64,000 bases of DNA. It comes from Candidatus Tenebribacter burtonii. GTDB lineage: Bacteria > Cloacimonadota > Cloacimonadia > Cloacimonadales > TCS61. Shown here piece by piece: positions 19,860 through 30,683 of this stretch (position 1 is the stretch's first letter; the number at the start of each line of letters is the position of its first letter). The notes beneath the pieces were generated by a model. The model had not been told where the DNA came from and searched no databases. It was given only the letters and a program-made list of their open reading frames with translations. The DNA is taken from assembly GCA_030765625.1 (NCBI GenBank), contig JAVCCF010000023.1:526-64525 (forward strand), in the 5' to 3' direction. Position numbers and translations under genes: made by a program.

Positions 19860-21542
19860 ATGATAGAATCTAAGCCAGATAAAGTTCAAAAATTTGCAAT
19901 TGTAATTCTTACACTGTTTGCAATTGTTAATATTGAATTATTATTTTTAAAATTAATAAAAATAGATAGTTCAGTAATCAGTCTGTACACTAACATTTCA
20001 ATAATATTTTTAACTTTTTATATTAGTTATAGATTATTAATAAACGGAGTTACCGTACAAAGATTATTGAATCTTCTACCTGATATTATCTTCATTTTTA
20101 TAGGTTTATTAATTAAAGATTCGGAAAGAGTTTTTCAGTTCTATCTTATTGGACGGCAAGCATTTTCTCTATTAAATTTAAGAATTTTGTCAGATACTAA
20201 GGGTACATTTATAGATAATCTCTCTGATAATCCTCCTGTGCTTGTAATGCTTACTTTCTTTCTTGCAATTTTCATAGGTGCACTTTTGCTTATGCTACCA
20301 GTTGCTACATCTCCGGGAGAAGAAACTTCTTTGCTGGGAGCGTTATTCACTTCCACTTCTGCAACTTGTGTTACTGGGTTGATCGTATATGATACAGGAA
20401 TGCATTTTACTCTTTTTGGACAGATAATTATTCTAACTCTAATTCAAATTGGTGGTTTGGGAATAATGACGATTTCAAGTGCATTTGCGATTATTTTAGG
20501 ACAGAAATTGAGTTTGAGGCGAGAGTCGGTCATGCAAAATGTTATTGGTGAATCCAATAAACTGGATATGATAAATCTGGTTAGAAATGTTATTATAGTC
20601 ACAATTACACTTGAATTACTGGGTGCTGTGATTTTGTATTTCACATTTATCTCAAAATCATACTCTGTTAATCAAGCTATATATCATTCCATATTCCATT
20701 CCATTTCTGCTTTCTGTAATGCAGGATTCTGTTTATATTCAGATAGTCTTATAAAATATTTAGATAATTTCAATATTAATTTTGTAATCACATCACTAAT
20801 TATCTTAGGTGGAATTGGTTTCCCTGTGATGAAGGATATTCAAAGAACTATTAAGAACAAATTTCGTTTTAAGAGATTATCTCTTCACTCAAAAATTGTT
20901 TTATCTGCAACGTTTTTCTTACTATTAGCAGGAACTTTGGCTTTCTTTATTTCTGAATATAACAACGAAATGAAGGGCTTTAGTTTTTTTGATAGATTAT
21001 TTGCCTCATACTTTCAATCTGTAACAACCAGAACTGCTGGATTCAATACAATTGATACGGCAAATTTAAGTAAAGGCTCTTCTTTTGTATCAGGGATTTT
21101 AATGTTCATAGGAGCATCTCCAGGTTCAACAGGAGGTGGAGTTAAAACTACTGCTCTTGTTGTTGTGTTTATCTCTTTTGTTACAATGTTTCGCGGACAT
21201 AAAGATGTAAATATTTTTAAACGAAAAGTATCAGAAAATATAATTAAAAAAGTGATGGCACTTGTAGCTGCATCAATTGCTTTTCTGGCTTTTATGATAT
21301 TTTTACTACTTTTGTTCGAACCTTTCACTTTAGAAAAAACTATCTTTGAAGCAGTTTCTGCTTTTGGTACGGTAGGGCTTTCAATGGGAATAACAGCAAA
21401 ACTTTCTGAAGCGGGACAGATAATAATTGTGCTATTAATGTATTTAGGAAGAGTAGGTCCATTAACTTTAATGTTCGCAATTTCACAAACAAAAGATAGA
21501 TCTTCCTTTACATATACAGAAGAAAAAATAAGTATTGGTTAA
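19860..21542 (+). CDS. trkH: TrkH/KtrB-family potassium transporter membrane subunit with a ~100-aa N-terminal membrane extension
   Basis: Repeated selectivity-filter-like segments (TCVTGL, IGGLG, NAGF, TRTAGF, TGGG, GLSMG) and a multi-pass membrane profile. Confidence 0.85.
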   Translation: MIESKPDKVQKFAIVILTLFAIVNIELLFLKLIKIDSSVISLYTNISIIFLTFYISYRLLINGVTVQRLLNLLPDIIFIFIGLLIKDSERVFQFYLIGRQAFSLLNLRILSDTKGTFIDNLSDNPPVLVMLTFFLAIFIGALLLMLPVATSPGEETSLLGALFTSTSATCVTGLIVYDTGMHFTLFGQIIILTLIQIGGLGIMTISSAFAIILGQKLSLRRESVMQNVIGESNKLDMINLVRNVIIVTITLELLGAVILYFTFISKSYSVNQAIYHSIFHSISAFCNAGFCLYSDSLIKYLDNFNINFVITSLIILGGIGFPVMKDIQRTIKNKFRFKRLSLHSKIVLSATFFLLLAGTLAFFISEYNNEMKGFSFFDRLFASYFQSVTTRTAGFNTIDTANLSKGSSFVSGILMFIGASPGSTGGGVKTTALVVVFISFVTMFRGHKDVNIFKRKVSENIIKKVMALVAASIAFLAFMIFLLLLFEPFTLEKTIFEAVSAFGTVGLSMGITAKLSEAGQIIIVLLMYLGRVGPLTLMFAISQTKDRSSFTYTEEKISIG

Positions 21543-21621
21543 GTAAATCGTTCAATCTTGAACGAAATTTGTAAATAAAATGTTTTGCAGACACTTGTGT
21601 CTGGGTACTAAAGGAGTAATT

Positions 21622-22323
21622 ATGGCAAAATTTGCAATAATAGGGCTTGGAAAATTTGGTATGAATGTAGCAACTACACTTTTTGAAAGAGGTGCAGAAG
21701 TGATCGCAATTGATAACGACAAAGCCTTAATAGATGAAATTACTGGACGTGTTAGTGTTGCAATCCATTTAAACAGCACCGACGAAAAAGCACTAAAAAT
21801 GAATCGTATCCAAGATGTTGATGCCGTAATTTTGGCTATTGGAAACAATATTGAAGTAAGTGTACTAACTACTGTTCTGCTAAAAAAAATTGGTGTTAGT
21901 AACATTTATGCAAAAGTTGATAGTAAAGTTCATGCAAGAATTCTGGAACTTCTGGGAATTCACAATATTATCTTTCCGGAAGAACAAATTGGAAGACAGC
22001 TTGCTAATTCTCTTATCTCAAGTAGTGTTATGGAATATGTAGAGCTTTCCAGTGGACATAGCGCCGTTGAATTGCTTGTACCAGATGATTGGGTCGGGAA
22101 AACGTTGCAACAACTTTCAATTCCTGCAGAGAAAGGTGTAAATATAATTGCGATAAAATTTACGACATTGAGTATTACTGAAGAAGGTGAGAATGTTATT
22201 CGTAATGAGATAAATGATATGCCCGGAGCAAATGATATTATTAATGAAGGAGATGTCATGGTGCTTATCGGACCAAAAATTAAGATAGATGAACTTATAG
22301 AAGAAATAAGTAAGAAAGGATAG
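21622..22323 (+). CDS. trkA: TrkA/KtrA-family RCK-domain potassium uptake regulator
   Basis: IIGLGKFG NAD-binding motif plus a C-terminal TrkA-C-like domain. I chose the ATG at 21622, preceded by AAGGAG. The track start at 21580 lacks an RBS. Confidence 0.85.
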   Translation: MAKFAIIGLGKFGMNVATTLFERGAEVIAIDNDKALIDEITGRVSVAIHLNSTDEKALKMNRIQDVDAVILAIGNNIEVSVLTTVLLKKIGVSNIYAKVDSKVHARILELLGIHNIIFPEEQIGRQLANSLISSSVMEYVELSSGHSAVELLVPDDWVGKTLQQLSIPAEKGVNIIAIKFTTLSITEEGENVIRNEINDMPGANDIINEGDVMVLIGPKIKIDELIEEISKKG

Positions 22324-22327
22324 AATT

Positions 22328-23101
22328 ATGAAATTATCATTCACGGGAAAATTAAGGTTGTTAATAATTTTAATGTTCATAGTTGTAATTATTCAGGCTG
22401 GAATAATTCTGCATTTGATAAATAATTCAATTGGCATCTCCCAAATGAAATTAGATGTACAGAACACGATTTTTATAGGATTGTTCATTCAATTTATTTT
22501 AACTCTTTCCATTATTTTTTATGTGCCGATTTTTCTTCATAAAGCATTTTCTGAAATTCATACTATTATAAAAGATATCACACAAGGTGTTTACACAATA
22601 GATATCGATCTGGATAGTTATGAAACTACAATTGATAAGGAATTCTATGTAATAATTTCACTTCTTAAAGATATGCTAAAATCCATCCTTACATTCGATA
22701 AATTGAAAAAAGAGAAAATTGTAGAACACCATAATCGAATCGTTTCAATACTGAATCTTACTGACAATGGCTTTATAATAGTTGATATAAAAGGAAATTT
22801 TGTTTATATGAACGAAAAAGTTACAGATACTTTCCCGGCTTTAAGTGATAAAACCAACATTATCGAGACGAACTTCCCACCCGAAATTGAAAATAATATA
22901 AAAAAATACACTTTGAAGATATTGAATTCTCGAACTAAACAGGAACAGCAACAGTTCTTCGTACCTTCATTAAAAAGACATATTATACTTAATAGTGCTA
23001 TGATCCGTGATGTTGCCGGACAGCCAATAGGTGCAATAATTGCTCTTACAAATCTGGAAAAAAGAAAGCAAAATAAAGAAGATGAGCTTAATCAAACCTG
23101 A
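22328..23101 (+). CDS. membrane protein with HAMP-like and PAS-like segments and no output domain
   Basis: Two TM helices, then a HAMP-like linker and a PAS-like stretch, NLTDNGFIIVDIKGNFVYMNEKVTDTF. No kinase or GGDEF motifs. Confidence 0.45.
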   Translation: MKLSFTGKLRLLIILMFIVVIIQAGIILHLINNSIGISQMKLDVQNTIFIGLFIQFILTLSIIFYVPIFLHKAFSEIHTIIKDITQGVYTIDIDLDSYETTIDKEFYVIISLLKDMLKSILTFDKLKKEKIVEHHNRIVSILNLTDNGFIIVDIKGNFVYMNEKVTDTFPALSDKTNIIETNFPPEIENNIKKYTLKILNSRTKQEQQQFFVPSLKRHIILNSAMIRDVAGQPIGAIIALTNLEKRKQNKEDELNQT

Positions 23102-24069
23102 TGAAAATTGAATATCTTAAAAATGAAAAACAAAGAATAGATAAATATATTGTAAGTTTGGGATTAGAAGAATTATACTCTCGATCGTTTATTGATAAAC
23201 TTTTATGCGAAGAAGCAATACTGGTTAATAGTAAGCCTGTAAAAAAAAATTACAGACTTTCTCACTCAGACATAATAACAATTGAAATTCCTCAGAAGAA
23301 AGAACTGGAAATAAAACCGCAGAACATTCCAATAGATATAATATGGGAAGATGATGATATTGCGATTGTAAATAAGTCAATTGGATTAATTGTTCACCCA
23401 GGAGCCGGCGTAATAGATGGAACACTGGTAAATGCATTGATGTATCATTTTAATAATAAACTTTCTGTTCAGCATGATCCACTGAGACCCGGTATTGTTC
23501 ATAGATTAGATAAAGATACTAGCGGACTTCTAATTGTTGCCAAGAATGATAAAGTTCATTCTTTGCTTTCACGAATGTTTCAAGATAGAACAATTAAGAA
23601 AACATATTTAGCGATAACTGTTGGAGTTCCCGCAAAAGCTGAAGACACGATTAAAACCTTTATTGGAAGAAGCAAGAAAGATAGAATAAAAATGACCGTT
23701 ACAACAGATGGGCGAGAATCTGTTACTCATTATAAAATTGTAAAATATTTTGATTTTTTCTCTCTGGTTGAAGTTGAATTGGAAACTGGTAGAACCCATC
23801 AGATCCGTGTTCATTTCTCTTATATAAATTGTCCGATATTGGGAGATAATACATATTCGACTTTGAAAAGAACTCTCAGTATTGTACCATTCCATTACCA
23901 GAAAAAAGTAAAATATCTACTGGCAAATCACCTTAAGAGACAAGCTCTGCACGCTTACAGATTGGAGTTCAAACATCCGTTCACAAAAGAAATTGTAAAA
24001 GCAGAAGCACCCATCCCCGAAGACATTAAATACACAATAGACTGGCTTGAGAAATACTTTATTACTTAG
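23101..24069 (+). CDS. rluD: RluA-family 23S rRNA pseudouridine synthase (RluD-like) with an S4 domain
   Basis: HRLDKDTSGLL catalytic motif and GRTHQIRVH. The start overlaps the upstream stop (TGATG). Confidence 0.85.
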   Translation: MKIEYLKNEKQRIDKYIVSLGLEELYSRSFIDKLLCEEAILVNSKPVKKNYRLSHSDIITIEIPQKKELEIKPQNIPIDIIWEDDDIAIVNKSIGLIVHPGAGVIDGTLVNALMYHFNNKLSVQHDPLRPGIVHRLDKDTSGLLIVAKNDKVHSLLSRMFQDRTIKKTYLAITVGVPAKAEDTIKTFIGRSKKDRIKMTVTTDGRESVTHYKIVKYFDFFSLVEVELETGRTHQIRVHFSYINCPILGDNTYSTLKRTLSIVPFHYQKKVKYLLANHLKRQALHAYRLEFKHPFTKEIVKAEAPIPEDIKYTIDWLEKYFIT

Positions 24070-24156
24070 TGAATTTAATTTTACTAATAATGCTTATATT
24101 GTAAAATTAGAATACTTAAAAGTAAAATTGAAACGTAGTTTCTACCAGGAGAATCA

Positions 24157-25017
24157 ATGACTATAAGAGAAGAATTTAAGAGTGATCCAAGATGGAATGA
24201 TAAAAATTTTAAAGCATGTTTGTTTCTTGTAGAGTCAAAAATAGTACCAAGATATCTCTACAAATTCTGCAAAGTAGATGATGATTTAATTGATAATCTC
24301 CGAAATAATCAATTGTGGTTTTCTTCTTCTAAAGATTTTAATGATCCATTTGATTGTAAGATTAAGTTAGCTAATAATATGAATCCAGAAGAAATTGAAG
24401 AATTGGCTAACAAATTGGTTGAATTGAGAATTGTTAATAAGAATGATAGATTCAAAATTGTCTATGTTCTGAAGAATGATCATGAAAAATCTCTAGCTTT
24501 AGTAGACATAAATATTAGGGAACAATTTGAGAAATATGGTATTTGCTGTTTTTCAAAAGAAAGAAACTATATTCCAATGTGGTCACATTATGCTGATAAA
24601 CATCAGGGCATATGCTTAAAATTTGATGTTTTAGAAGATACAGATATATTTTTTGCAAATGGATCAAAACCAATTGATCTTATTAGTAGTGTAGAATATT
24701 GCAATGATTATCCAAAATTTAATGCTTATAATATTATTGTAGAAGATGGTGTTGCTAAGCAATTATTCCTTATCAAATCAAATGATTGGATTTATGAAAA
24801 AGAGTTTAGGATTATGTCTACAAGAAAAGGTGGGATGCCCTTTAATAAAAAATCCTTAAAAGAAGTAATTTTTGGATGTAGAATCGATGAAATAAAAAAA
24901 ATCAAGTCTAAGTTAATTAAAACAATAAAAAAAGCAAACTATCCTAATATTAAGTTTTATAATGCGAAAACATCTAAAGAAAAATTCGAATTAACTTTTG
25001 AGGAAATACATATATGA
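24157..25017 (+). CDS. DUF2971 family protein
   Basis: All three motifs I associate with DUF2971 are present: LWFSSSKDFNDPFD, CFSKERNYIPMWSHYADKHQGICLKFD and SNDWIYEKEFR. Confidence 0.8.
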   Translation: MTIREEFKSDPRWNDKNFKACLFLVESKIVPRYLYKFCKVDDDLIDNLRNNQLWFSSSKDFNDPFDCKIKLANNMNPEEIEELANKLVELRIVNKNDRFKIVYVLKNDHEKSLALVDINIREQFEKYGICCFSKERNYIPMWSHYADKHQGICLKFDVLEDTDIFFANGSKPIDLISSVEYCNDYPKFNAYNIIVEDGVAKQLFLIKSNDWIYEKEFRIMSTRKGGMPFNKKSLKEVIFGCRIDEIKKIKSKLIKTIKKANYPNIKFYNAKTSKEKFELTFEEIHI

Positions 25018-25099
25018 GAAGGTTTCATTTAAAACCTTAATTATTGACAAAAAAAGTTGTAAAAATTGATTAAACATTGAAAATATTTGGAGAGGATAA

Positions 25100-25303
25100 A
25101 TGGATTGTAATAATCATAGCATAAATATGGAAAATTGCAATTGTACATGTTTTTGCAGTAAGAAAGGTTTCTGTTGCGAATGCCTTAGTTATCACCGTTC
25201 TATGAATGAACTTTCTGCCTGTTACTTCCCTGTAGATGCTGAGAAAACCTATAATCGCTCGATTGAATATTTTGTTGAATTACATCAGCAAGGCAGGATC
25301 TAA
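25100..25303 (+). CDS. small cysteine-rich protein (DUF6485-like)
   Basis: 67 aa with [41 protein letters not shown]. The stop overlaps the next start (TAATG). Confidence 0.5.
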   Translation: MDCNNHSINMENCNCTCFCSKKGFCCECLSYHRSMNELSACYFPVDAEKTYNRSIEYFVELHQQGRI

Positions 25304-25881
25304 TGTTCATCATCAAACCACTGATCTTTATTGTCGTAAATATGCTGTTTGGCTTTCTCTACGTTTATGCGATCAAGATTTTTTTGTTCATTCCATCTAA
25401 AAAGAAAAAGATTTTTGAAAAGCACATTCCCTTTACACCTGCCTTTGTTTATCGCAAAAAGAGTTGGCTGATTAAAAAGATCAAGACAATGGTTAATGAT
25501 TACATCAACGATACAAAAAATGATGCTGATGATTCACGTATTGCAAAGTGGGAGCAGAAGGTTTTCCAAAAAACATGGGATAAAATCACATTTATGGATG
25601 ATCTCAAATTCATTCCGAGAACAATAAGGGACAATATAAAATATTTTATTTCAACTATCGTTTTTGAAGTCGTTAAGCAGTTCTTACGTACATTTGTTCC
25701 ATACTTAATGGGAAAATATGAATTGAATAAATACATTGAATTGCTCGATAAAAAACTTGAAGTTGATATCATAAAAGAATATTTCAATAAATATATTTAT
25801 AAATACGTTTTAATGTTTGTATTAGCTGTTCATTTCTTAATAGGTTTAGGAAATATGTTAATTTATCTTTGTATAAAATAG
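25303..25881 (+). CDS. membrane protein, possibly DUF445-like
   Basis: TM helices at the N- and C-termini and an IPFTPAFVYRKK motif. Translationally coupled to 25100-25303. Confidence 0.45.
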   Translation: MFIIKPLIFIVVNMLFGFLYVYAIKIFLFIPSKKKKIFEKHIPFTPAFVYRKKSWLIKKIKTMVNDYINDTKNDADDSRIAKWEQKVFQKTWDKITFMDDLKFIPRTIRDNIKYFISTIVFEVVKQFLRTFVPYLMGKYELNKYIELLDKKLEVDIIKEYFNKYIYKYVLMFVLAVHFLIGLGNMLIYLCIK

Positions 25882-25890
25882 GAATAAATT

Positions 25891-27051
25891 ATGAATAGAA
25901 ATCATGTAATTCTAATCTTAATATTAACTGTGATCGTTCTGATATTTTATCCTGTAATTTTCCAAAACAGGGAAGTGATGAAGAATTTAAATACTGAAAT
26001 TGCTTTAGAAGATACTTTAAATGGAAAATTAACTGTAAAGGATTTAATAACTGAGGAAGTATATTCATCTAGAAGAAATGCAATAACCAATGCTGCTGGA
26101 ATTGTGGAACCCGCAGTAGTCAGTGTTAATGTAATCAAAACACAAATGGTAAAACGACGTAGAAGTTTCTTCTTTGGTTTCTACGATGAAGTTCCGTATA
26201 GTATACAAGGAATTGGTTCCGGTGTAATTTTTTCTGATGATGGATTTATTCTTACAAATGCTCATGTTGTGGAAGGTGCAACCGAAATAAAAATTATACT
26301 CACCGATACAAGACAGTTTGATGCAATGGTCATAGGAATAGATACAAGCCATGATGTTGCTGTGATCAAAATTGAAGGTGATGATCTTCCTTTTGCTAAA
26401 TTCGGAGATTCAGATAATATTATCATTGGAGAATGGGCAATAGCACTTGGAAATCCCTACGGCTTTTTGATCAAAGACAGTAAACCCAGTGTATCGGTTG
26501 GTGTTGTTTCTGCGATAAATCGGGATTTCGCTGAGAACAAAGATGGCAAGATTTATCGACACATGGTACAAACCGATGCTGCAATTAATCCGGGGAACAG
26601 TGGAGGACCACTCGTGAATATTTTGGGAGAAATAATTGGAATTAACACTTTTATTTTCTCTGAATCGGGCGGTAATATCGGAATAGGATTTGCAATTCCA
26701 GTAAATACTGTTAAAAAATCTGCTCGTGAATTAATTGAATTTGGTAAAATTCGTCAAATCTGGTTTGGCTTCAAGGTTCAAGAACTTAATCAACTCATTG
26801 CTTCCCACCTTGAACTTAAAAGCCTTGACGGAGTTTTGATAAATTATATTCAAAGGAAGAGTCCTGCAGAGGAAGCCGGATTGAAAGAAGGAGACATAAT
26901 TAGAGAGATCAATGGTAATGTTATCAAAGGTACTCGTGATGCAGAACTTGTAGTTTCTGATATTTCGGTTGGTGATAAAATTGAGATCGAGATTATGCGT
27001 AATGGAAAAGCATTAAAACTAAATTTAAAAGCAGTAGAATATAAAAAATAA
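25891..27051 (+). CDS. S1C (HtrA/DegP-like) serine protease with one PDZ domain
   Basis: Catalytic motifs TNAHVV, HDVAVIK and GNSGGPL, plus a C-terminal PDZ (SPAEEAGLKEGDIIREING). Confidence 0.85.
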   Translation: MNRNHVILILILTVIVLIFYPVIFQNREVMKNLNTEIALEDTLNGKLTVKDLITEEVYSSRRNAITNAAGIVEPAVVSVNVIKTQMVKRRRSFFFGFYDEVPYSIQGIGSGVIFSDDGFILTNAHVVEGATEIKIILTDTRQFDAMVIGIDTSHDVAVIKIEGDDLPFAKFGDSDNIIIGEWAIALGNPYGFLIKDSKPSVSVGVVSAINRDFAENKDGKIYRHMVQTDAAINPGNSGGPLVNILGEIIGINTFIFSESGGNIGIGFAIPVNTVKKSARELIEFGKIRQIWFGFKVQELNQLIASHLELKSLDGVLINYIQRKSPAEEAGLKEGDIIREINGNVIKGTRDAELVVSDISVGDKIEIEIMRNGKALKLNLKAVEYKK

Positions 27052-27076
27052 AATTAATATAAACACAGGAGAAGTA

Positions 27077-28198
27077 ATGAAAAAGGTTTTTAGTGGCATA
27101 ATTATTGTTTTAATGGTTCTTCTAATAAGTGGTTGCAACGTTTCTAAAGGTAAAAAAGATAGATCTAAATTTGGTGTGAATACTAAACATCATAAAGTTG
27201 AACTTGGAACAATAGTAATAAAACTGGAAGAAACAGGTGAGATCCAGCCGATTAGAGAGATAGAACAAAAATCACAGGTTAGTGGTGAACTTGTTAAATT
27301 CTATGTTGAGGAAGGAGATTATGTAAATAAGGGTGATTTGCTTGCAGAGATAGTACCAGATTTTAATCAAGCTGAATCAATCTTGCGCGTAAACAGTAAT
27401 TTAAAACTGGCAGAAATCGAACTGGAAAATACAAGAGAAAAATATAATAAAAGAAAAGATCTTTTTGCAAATGATTACATCTCAGAAACTGAACTTGATA
27501 CTTATAAAGATTCATATACAAAAGCTCAAATAAATTATGATTCTGCTCTACAACAATACGAACTGGTAAAGGAAATTGAATCGGATAACAATCTATCAAA
27601 ATTGTATTCAACTGCTTCAGGAACTATAATTCAAAAACCTGTGGAAGAGGGGGAGATGGTTGTTTCCAGCTCAGGTTCATATTCTGCCGGTACTGTTATT
27701 CTTAAACTTGCTGACCTTAGCAGAATGATCGTTAATGCTAAAATAAATGAAGTTGATATCTCAAAAATCGAAGTTGGGATGAAGGTAAATATTCAAGTTG
27801 ATGCATATCCCTATGAAAATTTTGATGGAAGAATTACAAAAACAGCTGCAATGGCCATAAGTTATAACAATGTTAAAGTATTTCCTATTGAAATTGAGTT
27901 GATAGAAGTTGATGAAAAATTAAAGCCTGGCATGACAGCTAATATTACAATTATCGGTGAAGAGAGAAAAGATATTGTTGTAATTCCAATTCGTTGTATT
28001 TTTTCTGATGATGAAGGGAATGATATAGTTTATCAAGTGATTAATGATTCAATTGGAACTAGTAGTGTTGTGAAAACCGGAATAAATAATTTCCAGCAGG
28101 TTGAAATAATTGAAGGAATTGCTGTTGATGATACCATCTCAACAAAAGAACCTGAATCAAATAAAGATAGTGAGATAAAAATAAAGTTCAATAAATAA
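27077..28198 (+). CDS. HlyD/MacA-type efflux periplasmic adaptor lipoprotein
   Basis: Lipobox LISGC, a biotinyl-lipoyl-like hairpin (VEEGDYVNKGDLLAEI) and a coiled-coil middle region. No pump gene is adjacent. Confidence 0.75.
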   Translation: MKKVFSGIIIVLMVLLISGCNVSKGKKDRSKFGVNTKHHKVELGTIVIKLEETGEIQPIREIEQKSQVSGELVKFYVEEGDYVNKGDLLAEIVPDFNQAESILRVNSNLKLAEIELENTREKYNKRKDLFANDYISETELDTYKDSYTKAQINYDSALQQYELVKEIESDNNLSKLYSTASGTIIQKPVEEGEMVVSSSGSYSAGTVILKLADLSRMIVNAKINEVDISKIEVGMKVNIQVDAYPYENFDGRITKTAAMAISYNNVKVFPIEIELIEVDEKLKPGMTANITIIGEERKDIVVIPIRCIFSDDEGNDIVYQVINDSIGTSSVVKTGINNFQQVEIIEGIAVDDTISTKEPESNKDSEIKIKFNK

Positions 28199-28363
28199 AT
28201 TCATCATTTATTATTCACTGTTCCATTTTGGTAACTGAGCATTTATAATTATGATTCTATTTGGTTTTTATACCTCTCAGATTTGCCTTGAACAGAGATC
28301 AAATAATTTATATTATTTTAGTTGATGTAATTCAGCAACATCTATTTTTTAAAATATCCTGTT

Positions 28364-28840
28364 TTATAATAATCTTTTTAAAGTTCCTGTATCTCTATCT
28401 ACAATATACATTTCCACTTCAGCTTCTGCTAATAACTCTTGGGCAAGTTTGTCTTCATACGCCTCAACTATATATATAGTTTTAATCTCAGCATTAATAA
28501 GGATTTTTGAGCAGATTACACACGGTTGATTTGTACAGTAAAGAGATGCTCCACGAATAGAAGTGCCATTAATTGCTGCTTGAATCACGGCATTCTGCTC
28601 AGCATGAACTCCACGGCATAATTCATGTCTTTCACCGGAAGGAACATTTAGTTGTTCGCGAAGACATCCAGTTACTGCACAGTGTCTTATGTGTTTTGGC
28701 GCTCCATTATAACCGGTAGATATGATCTGATTATCCTTCACGATAACAGTTCCAACTTGTCTGCGTAAGCAAGTAGAACGTGTACTTGCAAGATATGCCA
28801 TTTCCATAAAATATTGATGCCATCCTGGTCGTTTCTTCAT
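28364..28840 (-). CDS. dCMP deaminase (ComEB-type cytidine/deoxycytidylate deaminase)
   Basis: HAEQNA and PCVICSK zinc-binding motifs; 158 aa. Confidence 0.85.
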   Translation of the reverse strand: MKKRPGWHQYFMEMAYLASTRSTCLRRQVGTVIVKDNQIISTGYNGAPKHIRHCAVTGCLREQLNVPSGERHELCRGVHAEQNAVIQAAINGTSIRGASLYCTNQPCVICSKILINAEIKTIYIVEAYEDKLAQELLAEAEVEMYIVDRDTGTLKRLL

Positions 28841-29550
28841 TAATTGCCTCTATTAATTTTTTTTTGTTTCTTTAATTTTTCATCACGTACAAGTTCTGCT
28901 TGAGATTTCCTGAGATAATATGGTTCTAACTCCGAAATACTTTCAAAATCATATTCGGGAATATTGTTTTTGAGTGCTATACTTATCAATGTGGAAGCAA
29001 GAGGAATATTTTGATGTTCCAAACAAAATGTATGATCGATCCCACTTACTAATATTTCATTTCTATATTCTTTTGCACCATCACCTACCACGATTACGGG
29101 TTTTTTTATCTTTTTAAATAAAATTTCTGGTTTTGTGTTAGTTTCCGGTAGGATAATTTCCAGTTCAGGAGAATACAAAGCAGCGTAAACTTCTGACATC
29201 CTTGCATCAATAAGTGCAAGGATATTCCTATTTGAATGAGCAATATTATTTGCTAAAAGCTCAAGTGTATTAATTGGTAATAAGGGGATATTATGAGCCA
29301 TACAAATTCCTTTAGCTGTGGCAAGTCCAATTCTTGTACCGGTAAATGATCCGGGTCCATTGGCAATAACAACCAGATCAATATCGGAAATATTGATCTT
29401 AGAGTTCTTAAGTCCTGCATCAATTTGTGGTAATAATCGCTCAGAATGTGTTACTTTAATATCGAGATGATTTATAAATGAGATGTGATCTTTTTTATAA
29501 ATTGCAATGCTGCCGGAGCTTGAGGTAGTGCTAAGCGCGAGTATGTTCAA
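28840..29550 (-). CDS. tsaB: tRNA threonylcarbamoyladenosine biosynthesis protein TsaB
   Basis: [15 protein letters not shown] and [17 protein letters not shown] motifs. Confidence 0.8.
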   Translation of the reverse strand: MNILALSTTSSSGSIAIYKKDHISFINHLDIKVTHSERLLPQIDAGLKNSKINISDIDLVVIANGPGSFTGTRIGLATAKGICMAHNIPLLPINTLELLANNIAHSNRNILALIDARMSEVYAALYSPELEIILPETNTKPEILFKKIKKPVIVVGDGAKEYRNEILVSGIDHTFCLEHQNIPLASTLISIALKNNIPEYDFESISELEPYYLRKSQAELVRDEKLKKQKKINRGN

Positions 29551-29745
29551 ATTATTCTCCTAATTTTATTTTCTGTTACAGCTTTTTTCTAAAATTACTC
29601 AAGTCAAGTAAAAGTAATTTAAAATAGTATTCATATTAATCAATCTTTCGAGGATTCAGGATTCCATGATAGATCTTACAAAAATTTACTTTACTTACAA
29701 ACCCCGTTTTAGCAAATTTGCTTTAAAATATAAGCTGGGGAATGG

Positions 29746-30633
29746 ATGAGAAATTCAACAAAAAGTAAAATCGAATATTTCTTTTTTAAATTGTTCATAA
29801 ACATATTTAAGGTATTCCCATATAGATTTACCAGATCATTTCTCGCAAAGCTTTTTGTTTTTGGGGCAAGTTTATTTGATATCAGAAATTCACTTGCTAG
29901 TAAACAATTAAAAATGGTTTTCCCCGATAAAACAAATAAAGAAATAAATGATATAATTAGAAAAATGTATTATCATATGGGATTAACTACGGCTGAATCA
30001 TATTTTGGTAAAAAGGAAAATCTATTCGATACTTGTAAGATTCAAGGTTGGGATAATTTGAAGAATGCTGTTGAAGAGGGGAAGGGAGTGATATTGGCTA
30101 CTGGTCATTTTGGGAATTGGGAACTGGCAGGTAAATATATTGCAGCCAATTTTAAAATGGCTGTTGTAGGTAAAAGGCAGCGGAATAGATACTTTGATAA
30201 TTATACAAATGCTTTGCGTTTAAAAGATAATGTTATTGTAATTAATAAAAAAAATGCACTCCGACCAATTCTCAAAATGCTGGGAGAGAGCTATATCGTA
30301 AGTTTATTAATGGATCAAAATGCAGGACGGAATGGTGTGCTTACAGATTTTTTAGGGCATGAAGCTTCCACATTTGTCGGTGCAGCAAAGATTGCCATAA
30401 AAACTGGGTGCCCTATTGTTCCTGCTTATGCAATTAGAAAAAATGATGGGAGCCATCTATTTATCTGTGAAGAGGTTATTTCTCCTGAAGGATTTAAAAA
30501 CAATTTAGAAGATATCACAAAATTTACAGAAATAATTTCTAAAAGGATAGAAAAATATATTTATCAATATCCTCATTTATGGTTCTGGGTACATAAACGT
30601 TGGAAGGGTAGTAAAAAAGCCAGAAAGATATAA
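29746..30633 (+). CDS. LpxL/HtrB-family lysophospholipid (lipid A late) acyltransferase
   Basis: ATGHFGNWE (HX4E acyltransferase motif); ~295 aa. Confidence 0.75.
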   Translation: MRNSTKSKIEYFFFKLFINIFKVFPYRFTRSFLAKLFVFGASLFDIRNSLASKQLKMVFPDKTNKEINDIIRKMYYHMGLTTAESYFGKKENLFDTCKIQGWDNLKNAVEEGKGVILATGHFGNWELAGKYIAANFKMAVVGKRQRNRYFDNYTNALRLKDNVIVINKKNALRPILKMLGESYIVSLLMDQNAGRNGVLTDFLGHEASTFVGAAKIAIKTGCPIVPAYAIRKNDGSHLFICEEVISPEGFKNNLEDITKFTEIISKRIEKYIYQYPHLWFWVHKRWKGSKKARKI

Positions 30634-30683
30634 TGCTTTACAATAAATTCTAAGTACAAACATTTGTTGGCAAGGAGTTGCTT

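Noticed and set aside
28261-28479. 72-aa + strand ORF in the gap after the efflux adaptor
   Set aside because: It overlaps the 3' end of the well-supported dCMP deaminase gene on the other strand. It has no RBS, and its translation is hydrophobic and low-complexity, as expected from AT-rich antisense sequence.
28364-28840. Deaminase considered as an antiphage dCTP/dCMP-depleting defence enzyme
   Set aside because: Its 158-aa size and HAE/PCxxC motifs are typical of housekeeping ComEB-type dCMP deaminase. It overlaps tsaB in a housekeeping operon and has no extra sensor domain.
29711-29722. 12-bp palindrome AGCAAATTTGCT upstream of the acyltransferase gene, considered as an operator
   Set aside because: 6-bp-arm AT-rich palindromes are expected many times by chance in 64 kb of this composition, and there is no second copy or supporting context.
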